A DNA stretch of 63,076 nt, filler included, from Nanobdellati archaeon (lineage in GTDB: Archaea; Nanobdellota; Nanobdellia; Woesearchaeales; JAADFO01), in NCBI GenBank assembly GCA_013152815.1. It is 4 parts of 4 records of this genome, joined end to end, with 100 filler letters (N's around TTAATTAATTAA, not from the genome) between each part and the next. Parts side by side here need not be neighbours in the genome. Positions count along the whole stretch, not along the records: positions 41,804 to 63,076 come from JAADFO010000037.1; 3 more parts are not named here. The stretch is one strand, 5' to 3'. Each line of letters starts with the position of its first letter. Position 1 is the stretch's first letter. The notes below the pieces were generated by a model, which saw only the letters and a list, made by a program, of their open reading frames with translations, did not search any database and was not told the origin of the DNA. Positions 50,942 to 61,484 of the stretch are shown piece by piece. A program made the position numbers and the translations under genes.

Positions 50942-51538
50942 TCACAGCGGGATGGTCATGCCCATGTTCTTCAGCAGAAAATCGTAGAGGATGATGGCGA
51001 AGATGATGAGAAAGATGAAGATGAGGACCTGGTACTTGCCCAGATGCCGGTGGTATTTCACCCTGTCCTTGTGTTCAGCCACGTCGATGAGCTCGTCCCC
51101 GAAATAGATGGACAGGAAGGTCCCCGCGACAGAGATGAGGATGATGGTCCAGCAGGGCCAGGGCTGGGAGATGATGTGGTAGAACAGCCGGAGCAGGACG
51201 GTCTTCTGGTAGATCTCCGGATGGACGAGCAGGGTGAAGACATTGAGGCTGAACGCCAGGGTCCAGACCCCCATCTCTGAGAAGATCATCTTTACATGGG
51301 TCAGGAGACGTACCGGGAAATCCAGCAGGAACCCTGCATCGGCGATGGGCGTGCAGAAGACGAAGAACGACCAGGTCAATGCGGTGATGAAGAGTCCCTG
51401 GCCTGCCCCGAACTTCCTCGAGATGAAAGCCCCATAACCGATGATGATGAGCACCAGGAACGAGAACCGTACGAGCGAATGGATCTTGGTCCTGTGACGG
51501 AAGAACTGCAGGTATTCCTTTTCGCTGAAGAACCGCAT
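50942..51538 (-). CDS. Hypothetical membrane protein
   Basis: About 5 TM, FVFCTPIADAGFLLDFP, His-containing C-terminal loop. Confidence 0.75.
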   Translation of the reverse strand: MRFFSEKEYLQFFRHRTKIHSLVRFSFLVLIIIGYGAFISRKFGAGQGLFITALTWSFFVFCTPIADAGFLLDFPVRLLTHVKMIFSEMGVWTLAFSLNVFTLLVHPEIYQKTVLLRLFYHIISQPWPCWTIILISVAGTFLSIYFGDELIDVAEHKDRVKYHRHLGKYQVLIFIFLIIFAIILYDFLLKNMGMTIPL

Positions 51539-51569
51539 GATATGTCTCCAGGAGCATCTCCAGCTTATA

Positions 51570-51635
51570 TGTCTTTGTGTCTTTGTGTCTTTGTGTCTTT
51601 GTGTCTTCGATGTCTTCGATGTCTTTGTGTCTTCG
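51570..51635 (+). repeat. TGTCTTTG / TGTCTTCGA tandem repeat (about 8 units)
   Basis: Read directly in the intergenic region. Confidence 0.85.
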
Positions 51636-51898
51636 CTTCGTTCTTGACCCTCTTTTCATCCCTGTCGCTTCCGACGAAAGATTTATGTGTCAATATCTAT
51701 TTATCCATTGTATTGATTTGTCGTTGATATGAAAAGAATCGACGCACCCCTGCTCAAGGCGAGATGGACAGGAGAATACTACGGAAGGAAGAGATACTAT
51801 GAACTGAAGGGATTCCAAAGATTTATAGGGCCGGTGTTGTTACTCGCACGAATCAGGATCTTCCTGATCATCCGATGCCGGGACAAGGAGAAAACACC

Positions 51899-52780
51899 AT
51901 GCATGACCACGGAAAAAAGATGGGCTGGACCATCATCCTGAACATCATCATCACGGTCACGGAATATATCGGCGGCATCATGTCAGGAAGCCTCGCCCTG
52001 ACATCTGATGCAGGCCACAACCTGACCGACGTCCTCGCCCTGTCCATCGGCTACGTCGGTGAGAAGGTATCCGGCGTCAAGGCGACCAGGAAGCACAGTT
52101 TCGGCTTCAAACGGGTGGAGATCTTCACCTCGCTCTTCAATGCGCTTTCCCTCTGGGGGATAAGCATCTACATCATCTACGAGGCCCTTCACCGGTTCTC
52201 CCGGCAGGAGCCCATCGCCATCGGGCTGATGCTGTCCATCGCGGTCATCGGCCTTCTGGGAAACCTGTTCTCCATCCTTCTCCTGCGGAAGGGAAAAGAT
52301 GATTCCCTGAACATGAAAGCGGCCTACCTCCATCTGTTCTACGACACCCTCTCGTCTGTCGGGGTCATCGTCACCGCTGTGCTCATCTTCTTCACCGGAT
52401 GGTATGTCCTCGACCTTCTCACCAGCATCATCATCTCCCTGATGATATTCTTCTCCGGCTTCGAGATCATCAAGAAAGCGACCCATATCTTCATGGAAGG
52501 GGTTCCAGATGATCTGGACATGGAGCGCATCTGCCATGACATCAAACAGGTCAAGGGTGTCGGAGGGGTCCACCACCTGCATGTCTGGGCCATCAACTCC
52601 AACGACACCTTCCTCGCCTGTCATATCTGCATCTCCCGCGGCCATGGCTCTCGCAGGACTGCCGACGCCCTGATCCTGGCAGTCAACAGCATGCTCAAGA
52701 GAAAGCACGGCATCACCCACACGACCCTGCAGACAGAACAGAAGGACCTCTGCGAGAGCGAACTGATCTGCGATGAATGA
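51899..52780 (+). CDS. Cation diffusion facilitator (CzcD/ZitB-like)
   Basis: SLALTSDAGHNLTD, AYLHLFYD, HHLHVW, HTTLQ. Confidence 0.93.
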   Translation: MHDHGKKMGWTIILNIIITVTEYIGGIMSGSLALTSDAGHNLTDVLALSIGYVGEKVSGVKATRKHSFGFKRVEIFTSLFNALSLWGISIYIIYEALHRFSRQEPIAIGLMLSIAVIGLLGNLFSILLLRKGKDDSLNMKAAYLHLFYDTLSSVGVIVTAVLIFFTGWYVLDLLTSIIISLMIFFSGFEIIKKATHIFMEGVPDDLDMERICHDIKQVKGVGGVHHLHVWAINSNDTFLACHICISRGHGSRRTADALILAVNSMLKRKHGITHTTLQTEQKDLCESELICDE

Positions 52781-52918
52781 GTGATCCGCGAGGGATGAGG
52801 ACACCGACGGGCCAGGGAGGACCCTGAAACCGTCGAAAAAAAAGAATCATTTATATACCGGCGGAATCATTTGCCATGCTGTTGCTATGCATTCACCATG
52901 AAAAAAGAGGGATGACCA

Positions 52919-55525
52919 GTGGACTATTATCGCATGACCAAAGAGAAGGTGCTCGCCAGGCTCCGCTCGTCCCTCCACGGGCTCTCCCCGCGAGAGGTGC
53001 TTCTCCAGCGGCAGCGGTTCGGAAAGAACATCCTCACCATCAGACACGACATCTCCTTTGCGAGACTCCTCGTCGACCAGTTCAAGAACTATCTTGCCTG
53101 GCTCCTGATCTTCATCGCCGGCTTCGCCTTCTTCGCAGGCTTCGCCTTCCGGCGGCAGGAGCAGATCATCGACGGCATCATCATCTCGGTCATCATCATC
53201 GTCAATGTCCTTGTCGGGGCCTACCAGGAATACAAGTCCGAGAAGACCGCCCAGCTGCTCGAATCGATGATGCGCAACGAGGCCATGGTGATACGTGGCG
53301 GCGGGAAGCAGAAGGTCTCTTCGGAGGACCTTGTGGTGGGAGACATCGTCCTTCTGGAGGAAGGGAACAAGATCCCTGCCGACTGCCGCATCCTTGAGAG
53401 CAATGAATTCCGGGTGGACGAGTCCATGCTCACCGGAGAGAGCAAGCACGTGCTCAAGGACACGCAGCCCATCCCCCGGGAAGTCTCCCTCGCCGAACGG
53501 AAGAACCTCGTCTTCATGAACTCCTACGTGGTGGGCGGCACAGCGCTTTGTGTCGTCACTGCCATCGGCAAAGAGACCGAAGTGGGGGTGATCGCGAAGT
53601 CTCTGGAGATCGAGCAGTCCTCCCCGTTCATCGAAGAGGTGGACACGGCCAGCAAGAAGATCACCTTCGTCGCCCTCGCCCTCATCATCATCGTCCTGGC
53701 CATCTTCTTCATGAAAGACCAGCATTGGATATCTGTTTTCATGATAGGCTCTGCGCTGGTCATCGGCTCCATCCCTGAAGGGTTGCCTGCCATCGTGACC
53801 TTCTCATTGGCCATAGGGTCGTTGAAGCTCGCCAGGAACAAGGTGCTCGTCAAGCGCAAATCCCTCCTCGAGACGCTGGGCAGTGTGGATGTCATCTGCA
53901 CCGACAAGACCGGGACCCTGACCCAGAACAGGATGGAGGTCAAGAAGCTCTTCTTCGACATGAAGACCTGCGCCACGGTCAAGAGCATCTCCCGGGAGAC
54001 GTTCACCCATTTCCGGAACTCCTCGCTCCTCGCGAACGAGGCCAAGAACACCGACAAGGGGTTCCAGGGCGGTTCAGAGGACATCTCCCTCATCGACTTC
54101 TTCAATGATGCAGGGGTCGACATCCTCAAGCTCCAGAAGAGCGCTCCGGTCGACGACAGGGAGCCTTTCTCCTCAGACAGGAAATATGCGAGTTCCATCG
54201 CCCGTATCAAGGGTGAGCGGCTGATGTACAGGAAAGGGGCGCCCGAGATCATCCTCCACGACTGCGACAGGATATTGGTCCAGGGAACCATAAGGAAGCT
54301 CACCGACAGAGACAAGAAGAAGGTGCTCTCCGAGCTGAAGGCCTTCTCTGCAGACTCTTTGCGGAACATCGCCTTCTCTTTCCAGCATCTCGGAAAAAAG
54401 ACGGCTGCTAAGAAAAGGAAGCACGTGTTCATCGGTTTTGTAGGCATCTATGACCAGCCCAAGAAGAACGTCCAGGAGACCATCAGGACCATCTACCGGG
54501 CAGGCATCGACCTGAAGATGATCACCGGCGACAACCGCCATACGGCCATCGCCATCGCCAAGGAATGCGGCTTCCGTAATGTGAAGGCGGTCAACTGGGA
54601 CGAGCTGAAAGACCTCTCTGCCGGAGAGCTCAAGAAGACCGTGGAATCCTGTAACATCTTCTCACGCATGTCCCCGGCCTACAAGCTACGGATAGTCAAT
54701 GCTCTCCAGGAGAACGGACGAAGGGTAGCCATCACCGGCGATGGGGTCAATGACGTGCCCGCACTGAAGAAAGCAGAGGTCGGCATCGCCATGGGCGAGC
54801 GTGGCACGGACATCGCCAAGGAGGCCGCAGACCTCATCCTGTTGGACGACAACCTCTCGTCGGTCGTCAAGGGGATAAAGGAAGGCCGCACCATCTTCTC
54901 GAACATACGGAAGGTCATCAATTACCTCCTGACCGCGAACCTTGCTGAAGTGTTCGTGGTCTTCCTGGGTTCCATGTTCGGGGTCATGCCCTTCCTCGCC
55001 ATCCAATTGCTCTGGGTGAATTTCGTCACTGATATCGCACCGGCGATGGCGCTCGGTTCAGACCCGCCCCACAAGAACATCATGAGCCGCAAACCCAACG
55101 GAAAGGACGAGAGGCTCATCAACAAGCGCATCACCCTCCTCACGATCTTCATCGGCCTGAAGAAGGTCATCATCATGTTCCTACTCTTCTATATCACCTA
55201 TATCCTGACCGACGACCTGCGTCTTGCCCAGACCCTGTCGTTCACCTGGCTCGTCATGTCCCACTTCGTCAGGATCGCCGCCATCCGGTTTGATGAGAAG
55301 GTCGCTGTCTTCTCCAACCGCTATGTGAACTGGGCGATCTTCATTCCTGTGGTCTTCCAGGTCATCATCATCTACACTCCCCTGGACTCATTCTTCCATG
55401 TGGTCCCCCTGAACGCCTTTTACTGGCTGCTCATCATCTCCTCGATACTCCTGGCCGTGGGTCTCGCCAAGATAATCACGTACATCATAGACAAGAACCT
55501 GCCTGAAAGCGAATTTGACTATTGA
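52919..55525 (+). CDS. P-type cation-transporting ATPase (type II, Ca2+-like)
   Basis: TGES, IPEGLP, DKTGT, KGAPE, TGDN, GDGVND. Confidence 0.95.
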   Translation: MDYYRMTKEKVLARLRSSLHGLSPREVLLQRQRFGKNILTIRHDISFARLLVDQFKNYLAWLLIFIAGFAFFAGFAFRRQEQIIDGIIISVIIIVNVLVGAYQEYKSEKTAQLLESMMRNEAMVIRGGGKQKVSSEDLVVGDIVLLEEGNKIPADCRILESNEFRVDESMLTGESKHVLKDTQPIPREVSLAERKNLVFMNSYVVGGTALCVVTAIGKETEVGVIAKSLEIEQSSPFIEEVDTASKKITFVALALIIIVLAIFFMKDQHWISVFMIGSALVIGSIPEGLPAIVTFSLAIGSLKLARNKVLVKRKSLLETLGSVDVICTDKTGTLTQNRMEVKKLFFDMKTCATVKSISRETFTHFRNSSLLANEAKNTDKGFQGGSEDISLIDFFNDAGVDILKLQKSAPVDDREPFSSDRKYASSIARIKGERLMYRKGAPEIILHDCDRILVQGTIRKLTDRDKKKVLSELKAFSADSLRNIAFSFQHLGKKTAAKKRKHVFIGFVGIYDQPKKNVQETIRTIYRAGIDLKMITGDNRHTAIAIAKECGFRNVKAVNWDELKDLSAGELKKTVESCNIFSRMSPAYKLRIVNALQENGRRVAITGDGVNDVPALKKAEVGIAMGERGTDIAKEAADLILLDDNLSSVVKGIKEGRTIFSNIRKVINYLLTANLAEVFVVFLGSMFGVMPFLAIQLLWVNFVTDIAPAMALGSDPPHKNIMSRKPNGKDERLINKRITLLTIFIGLKKVIIMFLLFYITYILTDDLRLAQTLSFTWLVMSHFVRIAAIRFDEKVAVFSNRYVNWAIFIPVVFQVIIIYTPLDSFFHVVPLNAFYWLLIISSILLAVGLAKIITYIIDKNLPESEFDY

Positions 55526-55617
55526 ACTATTCTGTTATCTTATTGCTTATTGAACCGCTAGCTTATTGAACTATTGAACGGCTGTCCTCGGCAAGTGCGT
55601 CATCATCCCTTTACCCT

Positions 55618-56070
55618 TCAGAGCCGGTAGCCGAAGAACATCTCATCCTGGCCATAATGAAGGCCTTTCAGAATCCCCATCTCTTTGAAGCCGGATTCCT
55701 GATGGAGGCGGATGCTTGCCCTGTTGCTCACCTGTGTGCTGCTGAGGCAATACCTCTGCTTCGTGGGTTGTTCTTTTCGGCATTCCTCGACGAACCTTCT
55801 GAGCAAGGCAGTCCCTGTGCCTTCTCTCCGGTGGCCCTTCTTGACAGCCAGGTCAGAGACATAATTGGCATGGTGAGAATAGTCCTGCTGATATCCCAGC
55901 AGGCCGACCACTTCATCCCCTTTCAGGGCCACCAACCACCTCAGAGGTCTCTTCTTGCTTGGCTCGGCCCGTATCCATGCTCTCGCCTTCTCAAGGTCAT
56001 GGAAATAGGTCCTGTCGAGGACGGCTGCCGCAGCATCCACATGGACCTTCCTGAGTCTCACGATCCTCAT
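55618..56070 (-). CDS. GNAT family acetyltransferase
   Basis: LAVKKGHRREGTGTALL, NRASIRLHQESGF. Confidence 0.88.
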   Translation of the reverse strand: MRIVRLRKVHVDAAAAVLDRTYFHDLEKARAWIRAEPSKKRPLRWLVALKGDEVVGLLGYQQDYSHHANYVSDLAVKKGHRREGTGTALLRRFVEECRKEQPTKQRYCLSSTQVSNRASIRLHQESGFKEMGILKGLHYGQDEMFFGYRL

Positions 56071-56194
56071 GCAAGCTTCATCATGCTTTCTCTTATTTAA
56101 TGTTTTTTAATGTCTTGCCACAGCACATCGTCAGAGCAGCCTAGTAGAGCTGTCTAGAAATACATATAAATGAAAAATATTTCATCCTTTTCCA

Positions 56195-56454
56195 TGGAAC
56201 TTGAGGACAAAGTCATCAGGACGCTCCGTTCTTTGATCCATGACATATATCATGTCCCTGGGTGTGACTATCTTTCTGCGGAGACAGTGGAGGAGAAGGT
56301 CAGCAGGTTCAAAGGCAACGGCCATGATCCGCTCATCGATGGATTGGTCGAGGACTTCCTGAAGACTGCGGGCTTCACTCCGGGCACCGATGGCCACACG
56401 GGCTACTATTTGAGGATAGCCAACGATCGCAGAGGAAAAGCATACATCCAATGA
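56195..56454 (+). CDS. Hypothetical protein
   Basis: Intergenic ORF after an AT-rich promoter-like tract; start uncertain (56170 or about 56194). Confidence 0.5.
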
Positions 56455-56526
56455 TGCGCACGCTTTCTAGGTTTCTAGGCAGGACCATACCGCCAAAAGA
56501 AAAAGAAGAAAAAAAAGAAAGAATCC

Positions 56527-57183
56527 TCAGCTCAGATAACCACTGATGCAGTTCTGGGCGCAGGCCTTGAAGCCGTCCACATCCTGGCTCGCTTCGGCAG
56601 CAGACTTGCAGTCTGAGACACAGCTCTTCGCAGGATCGATGTAGTTGGTCTTCATACAGTCCTTGGCGCATGACTTCTCGTCCGGCTGCCCTGTGCAGTG
56701 GCTCACACATTCCTTTGCAGGGTCAGGGCCATACTGGTTGATGCAGTCCTTCGCCTCGTCCTGGAAGGATGCTTTGCACTGGTCAAGGCACGCCCTTCGC
56801 TGTTCCCGGTCGTTCTGGGAGCAGGAGCTCACGCAGGACGAGATGATGCCGTCCGCCTTTGCCTTGATGCAGTCGGTGGTGGGCTGGAGATAGTCTCTCA
56901 GGTTAAGGCCCATGCCGTTACCGTTCCTGCTGTTCTGGAAATTCCCGTTCTTGAACTGGGACATGTCCATGTTCTGGAACTGGCTCCGGTCCATGTTCCT
57001 GAACTGGTTCTGGTCGAAGTTCTGGAATTGGGACATGTCGAACCCTCCGCCTGAACCGCTATTCATGCCGAACCTTCCGGCCTGGCCGCTGATGCTCATG
57101 CTGAAGAACAGCCCGATGACGCCAACGATAGCAACAACTGCCACCAGAACCAGAACATAGAATGAATTCTTGTCTTCTGCCAT
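56527..57183 (-). CDS. Membrane-anchored Cys-rich protein with Q/N/F octapeptide repeats
   Basis: N-terminal TM, four 8-aa repeats, 14 Cys mostly as CxxxC; GAGGTG SD. Confidence 0.8.
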   Translation of the reverse strand: MAEDKNSFYVLVLVAVVAIVGVIGLFFSMSISGQAGRFGMNSGSGGGFDMSQFQNFDQNQFRNMDRSQFQNMDMSQFKNGNFQNSRNGNGMGLNLRDYLQPTTDCIKAKADGIISSCVSSCSQNDREQRRACLDQCKASFQDEAKDCINQYGPDPAKECVSHCTGQPDEKSCAKDCMKTNYIDPAKSCVSDCKSAAEASQDVDGFKACAQNCISGYLS

Positions 57184-57646
57184 CCTTTCACCTCTTCTTG
57201 CCCCATGCTTCCTTGCTGATGATCCTGGGCAGGGGGTCTGTGCTTAACATGCAACATATATAATATATAGGATGTTGACATTTCTGGAGAATCTTTCTTA
57301 TATATGTTTCGGTGATTCTGGTCTGAAACCCCCCTGCACGCATCAGGGCCTTCTCTCTGAAAGCAGGGGCAGGAGAACAAAACGCTCTGTTGCGCTCAAG
57401 AAGACCTCACGGAGAGACGATCGTGTCCGGCTCTGTGGAAAGTCACGCTGGCGCGTGGCCGGCATCGGGATCCGGCCACAGCAGGGACTCTGTTTCCGTC
57501 GTTCCGGTCCTGCACAGGGTCATGGTCTGTTGACGCGCAATCTACAGCGCCCGACAGAGCCAAACATTTAAATATGACAGACTTCAGAAATGCACCTGTA
57601 GACGACCATCGAAACGATCATCGAAAACAGAAAAAGAGGTGTCTGA

Positions 57647-59395
57647 TTGGGGAACATACTTTTTGATATAGGCAGCATCATCATCATCGCCACGCTCATA
57701 GGTTTCATAGCGCGGCTCTTCAGGCAGCCGCTGATCCCTTCCTACATCCTTGCGGGCATCATCCTCGGCCCTGTCGGGCTGAAGATAGTCGAAGACACCC
57801 AGACCATCGCCCTGCTTTCTGAGATAGGGATAGCGTTCCTCCTTTTCATCGTCGGCATGGAACTGGACATGCGGAAGCTCAAGGACATCTCGTTCAGCGT
57901 CTCGCTCTCCGGGGTCATCCAGATAAGCCTCATGTTCTTCATCGGTCTCATCATCGGCAACCTGCTGGGAGCATTCCATATCATCGATGGAAGCAATCTT
58001 CTCCAATCCGTCTATTTTGCCCTGATGGTCTCCTTCTCCTCGACGCTCGTGGTCATCAAGATGATATCTGACAAGGAAGAGCTGGACACCCTCCATGGCC
58101 GCATCATCATCGGCATCCTGTTGATCGAGGACCTCTTCGCCGTCCTGGCCATCAGCGTCCTGAGCATCGACCATTTCACCGGCTGGATCATCATCGGTGC
58201 CCTGGCAAAGGGGCTCTTCGTCGTCATCCTCGCAATCCTCCTCGGCAAATATGTCTTCAACTCGCTCTTCGGTCTCGCCGCCAAGAGCACCGAGATGCTC
58301 TTCCTCATGTCCCTGACCGTCTGCTTCGCCTTCGTCCTCCTGGCAGGGAGCCTGGGCCTTTCCATCGTCATCGGCTCGTTCATGGCAGGCGTCGCGCTCT
58401 CCAACCTGCCCTATCATTTCGAGATCATCTCCAAGGTCATGCCCCTGCGGGACTTCTTTGCGACCATCTTCTTCGTCACCCTGGGGATGGAGATCATTCC
58501 CCGCTCGCTCCATGCCTACCTCATCCCTCTCGTCGTGCTCACCTTCGTGGTCATCATCATCAAGCCGCTGCTCATCATGCTCCTCCAGGCACTCTTCGGG
58601 TTCACGGCACGCACAGCTTTCCTCACCGGCATCAACCTCGCCCAGGTCTCTGAGTTCATGCTCATCATCGTCGCCCAGGGATATGTCAAGGGTCACATCT
58701 CTGGAGGATTGTTCTCCATGACCGTCATCCTCGCGACCATCACCATCACCATGACCTCCTACTTCATCAAGTTCGACAACCAGCTCTACCGGTTCTTCCA
58801 GCCCTATCTCCGCTGGCTGGACAGGCTCTCTCCGATGAAGCACGAGCCGGTCTATGACGGCGTGGAGCAGGACTACGAGGCCATCCTCATCGGCTACAAC
58901 CGGATCGCTTATTCCATCGCCAAGAAGCTCCGCCAGATGGAGAAGAAATTCCTGGTCATCGACTACAACCCCGACCTCATCAAGCGCCTCCAGAAAGAGA
59001 AGATCCCCTGCATCTACGGTGACGTCGCGAACATGGAGATCCTCAAGAAGATCAACTTCAAGAAGGTGGAGCTGGTCATCAGCACGGTCCCTGACCCGGG
59101 AGACAACAACCTGGTGGTGGACTATGTCAAGAACCGCTCCCATCGGACCATCATCTTCGTCACGGCCACCAACCTGGACGAGGCGCTGCTCTTCTACGAC
59201 CACGGCGCAGACTATGTGATCCTGCCTCACTATCTCGGCGGCGACCATGTCTCCATGATCATCGAGGATACTGCCTCTGACATCAGCAAGATCCTCGCCA
59301 ACAAGATGCAGCATATCGACGAGCTGAAGGAACGGAAGCGATACGGCCATGACCATCCCCGCTGGGGCCATCCGTCGACCGCGCATCCGCCCTAG
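57647..59395 (+). CDS. CPA2 (Kef-type) K+/H+ antiporter with TrkA-N domain
   Basis: GIAFLLFIVGMEL, FSST, LAQVSEF, IGYNR..YGD; TTG start with GAGGTG SD. Confidence 0.92.
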   Translation: MGNILFDIGSIIIIATLIGFIARLFRQPLIPSYILAGIILGPVGLKIVEDTQTIALLSEIGIAFLLFIVGMELDMRKLKDISFSVSLSGVIQISLMFFIGLIIGNLLGAFHIIDGSNLLQSVYFALMVSFSSTLVVIKMISDKEELDTLHGRIIIGILLIEDLFAVLAISVLSIDHFTGWIIIGALAKGLFVVILAILLGKYVFNSLFGLAAKSTEMLFLMSLTVCFAFVLLAGSLGLSIVIGSFMAGVALSNLPYHFEIISKVMPLRDFFATIFFVTLGMEIIPRSLHAYLIPLVVLTFVVIIIKPLLIMLLQALFGFTARTAFLTGINLAQVSEFMLIIVAQGYVKGHISGGLFSMTVILATITITMTSYFIKFDNQLYRFFQPYLRWLDRLSPMKHEPVYDGVEQDYEAILIGYNRIAYSIAKKLRQMEKKFLVIDYNPDLIKRLQKEKIPCIYGDVANMEILKKINFKKVELVISTVPDPGDNNLVVDYVKNRSHRTIIFVTATNLDEALLFYDHGADYVILPHYLGGDHVSMIIEDTASDISKILANKMQHIDELKERKRYGHDHPRWGHPSTAHPP

Positions 59396-59487
59396 GACCC
59401 CTGCTGCACGGCCAGGCGTATCTTTCTCCCTGCAACCTCTTCCCGCTACATTTTAATATGACCTGAGACCTCTTTTTCTCCATCACC

Positions 59488-59814
59488 ATGGATCCTTCCA
59501 TCAAGGCATCGAGAGCAGAGGCCCAGGCACTTCCTGTCGGACTGCAGATCGGCAAGAAAGGCATCACCGAACAGACCGTCCTTGAGATCAGGAAGCAGCT
59601 CAAGAAGAGAGGCATCCTCAAGATACGGCTCCTGCAGAGCGCCTTCTCCGATGATGCGCTTCCTCTCCAGACCAAGGCCTACATCCAGGAGGTCCTCACC
59701 AGGACGCCCGCCCTCCTGGTCCTCCATGTCGGCAGGGTCTTCACCATCATCCGACCCAAAGGAGAGGAACAACACACACCCCTATCCGATGCTCCTGCTC
59801 CTGCGTCACGATAG
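59488..59814 (+). CDS. YhbY/CRM RNA-binding protein
   Basis: LQIGKKGITE..LKKRGILKIRLL..VGRVFTI. Confidence 0.85.
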   Translation: MDPSIKASRAEAQALPVGLQIGKKGITEQTVLEIRKQLKKRGILKIRLLQSAFSDDALPLQTKAYIQEVLTRTPALLVLHVGRVFTIIRPKGEEQHTPLSDAPAPASR

Positions 59815-59860
59815 GGGATAAACAGTAAAGTATTTAAACGGATTTTCCGCATGGATACCC

Positions 59861-61354
59861 ATGGCTTCTTCAGAGCTCCTCAAGGACTACGGGTTCTCAG
59901 AGGAAGAGATAGAGGTCGCAGCCACCGAGCAGGGTGACTGGACCATGGGCAAGACCGGGTTCCCTTCTTCGGTGCGGACCTACCGGCTGAGCATGGAGGC
60001 CTTCAACCAGTCCATCGAAGAGGCCTATTTCTGGATGGTCAACCATCTACGGCAGAACGCCGGCTATCCGACCCTGGAGAAGATCACCGACCTGTTCTCT
60101 GCCTCGGAGCAGAGCTCGTTCTTCGGAGCGGCTTCCCAGCGGCTGAGCATCCAGCAGGACAAGGTGAGCCAGTTCCTGGCCACCATCGGGAAGATGGTGA
60201 AGGAGCTGTTCCAGCTCGTGAGAGAACTTCGTATCATCGATGAGCGGCTGCGCTACTACAGGGATTCCTGGTCTGGTTCCCGTTCATCGGGCAGTGCCGA
60301 GATCACCCTCAAGGGCATCTGGATAGACCTGGTGGAGCAGGGAGCGAAGAACCCTGCGTCGGTCTACGGCATGGCCCGGGAACTGCAGTTCATCACCCTC
60401 CCCGACCTCTTCTTCTCGGTCCATCCCCAGAATGCCCGGAGCGTCGACGATCTCGTCGACAACAAGGTGGAGTTCAACAGGAAAGTGCGGGAGGTGCTGA
60501 AGCGCAAACTTCGCAGCTTCCTCGAATGGAAACAGTCGACCTATAAAGAGCTGAATACCCGGAGGAAGTTCACCCTGAAGTATCTCCGCCAGCACTACGA
60601 CATCATCCACATGTACATGTCCTGGGTCAAGCCTTATCTCAAGAACATCCAGCGTCTGAAGATGGCCGACAAGGCGTCATCCCCTGACCTGATCAACGCC
60701 TTCGAAGGGGCATTGATCGAGATAGAGATCCTCGCGAAGAAGCTTCCCATGCATCTGGTCCATGACGAGGCACCGCACACCAACCATGACGTGCACAGCG
60801 TCCTGCTCCTGACCTTCGCCTACCGCACAAGGCCTTCCATGACCTTCCAGCAGGAGGGATACCACAAGGGACCGTCCCATCTCGGGCGCATCGACATCGG
60901 CATCCGTGCCTATGCGTGGACAAAGAACGATGTCAAGCAATACCTGAAGATGAAGGAGAAGGAGGACATGGAACTGATGATGCACATCGATGGCAGTGTA
61001 CAGGCAGCCATGGAGGCTCTGGGAGGTGAGCTGGAAGACTATCTGAAGGAGGCCGGCGAGACCTTCGACAAGGTGGCCAGTCCGAACAGGCCTGTCGTCC
61101 AGCAGCGACGTCCCGGCGTGGCTTCCGGCGCCGCCGAACCCTTCATCGGCGTCTTCAAGGGATTGGGGGAGCTGTTCGGCTCTCTCCTGCCCCATGGTGC
61201 CGGGGCTTCGGCAGACGGCGATGCGCGTCCCGACAGGAAGAAGCGTTATGCCCTCGGGAAGGAGAAGAAGATCGCAGAGGCCTACGCCAAGAAGAGCGCA
61301 TATCAGGTCTACAACGACTTCAAGAAAGACCACGGAATGCTCTACTGGGACTGA
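59861..61354 (+). CDS. Hypothetical helical protein (497 aa)
   Basis: Long ORF with genome-typical codon usage, own TATA; no motif recognised. Confidence 0.85.
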   Translation: MASSELLKDYGFSEEEIEVAATEQGDWTMGKTGFPSSVRTYRLSMEAFNQSIEEAYFWMVNHLRQNAGYPTLEKITDLFSASEQSSFFGAASQRLSIQQDKVSQFLATIGKMVKELFQLVRELRIIDERLRYYRDSWSGSRSSGSAEITLKGIWIDLVEQGAKNPASVYGMARELQFITLPDLFFSVHPQNARSVDDLVDNKVEFNRKVREVLKRKLRSFLEWKQSTYKELNTRRKFTLKYLRQHYDIIHMYMSWVKPYLKNIQRLKMADKASSPDLINAFEGALIEIEILAKKLPMHLVHDEAPHTNHDVHSVLLLTFAYRTRPSMTFQQEGYHKGPSHLGRIDIGIRAYAWTKNDVKQYLKMKEKEDMELMMHIDGSVQAAMEALGGELEDYLKEAGETFDKVASPNRPVVQQRRPGVASGAAEPFIGVFKGLGELFGSLLPHGAGASADGDARPDRKKRYALGKEKKIAEAYAKKSAYQVYNDFKKDHGMLYWD

Positions 61355-61484
61355 AAGACTGCCCGCTGTTCTTTTCGTCCTTTTCTTGTCCTCTTTTTTT
61401 CTTCTTTTTCTCTCTTCCTTTTTTCCTGTCTTTTGCGTCCATTGACCAGCACCATTAAATATCCTGCTGCATTCATAAGGGTCC

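Noticed and set aside
55518..55580. TATTGAAC repeats after the P-type ATPase
   Set aside because: Short, irregular low-complexity repeats between convergent genes with no spacer structure
57584..59386. Long antisense ORFs (also 48423-49982, 7655-8887, 18472-19563, 4461-5375 and others)
   Set aside because: Shadows of well-supported genes on the opposite strand, expected from GC-rich codon bias
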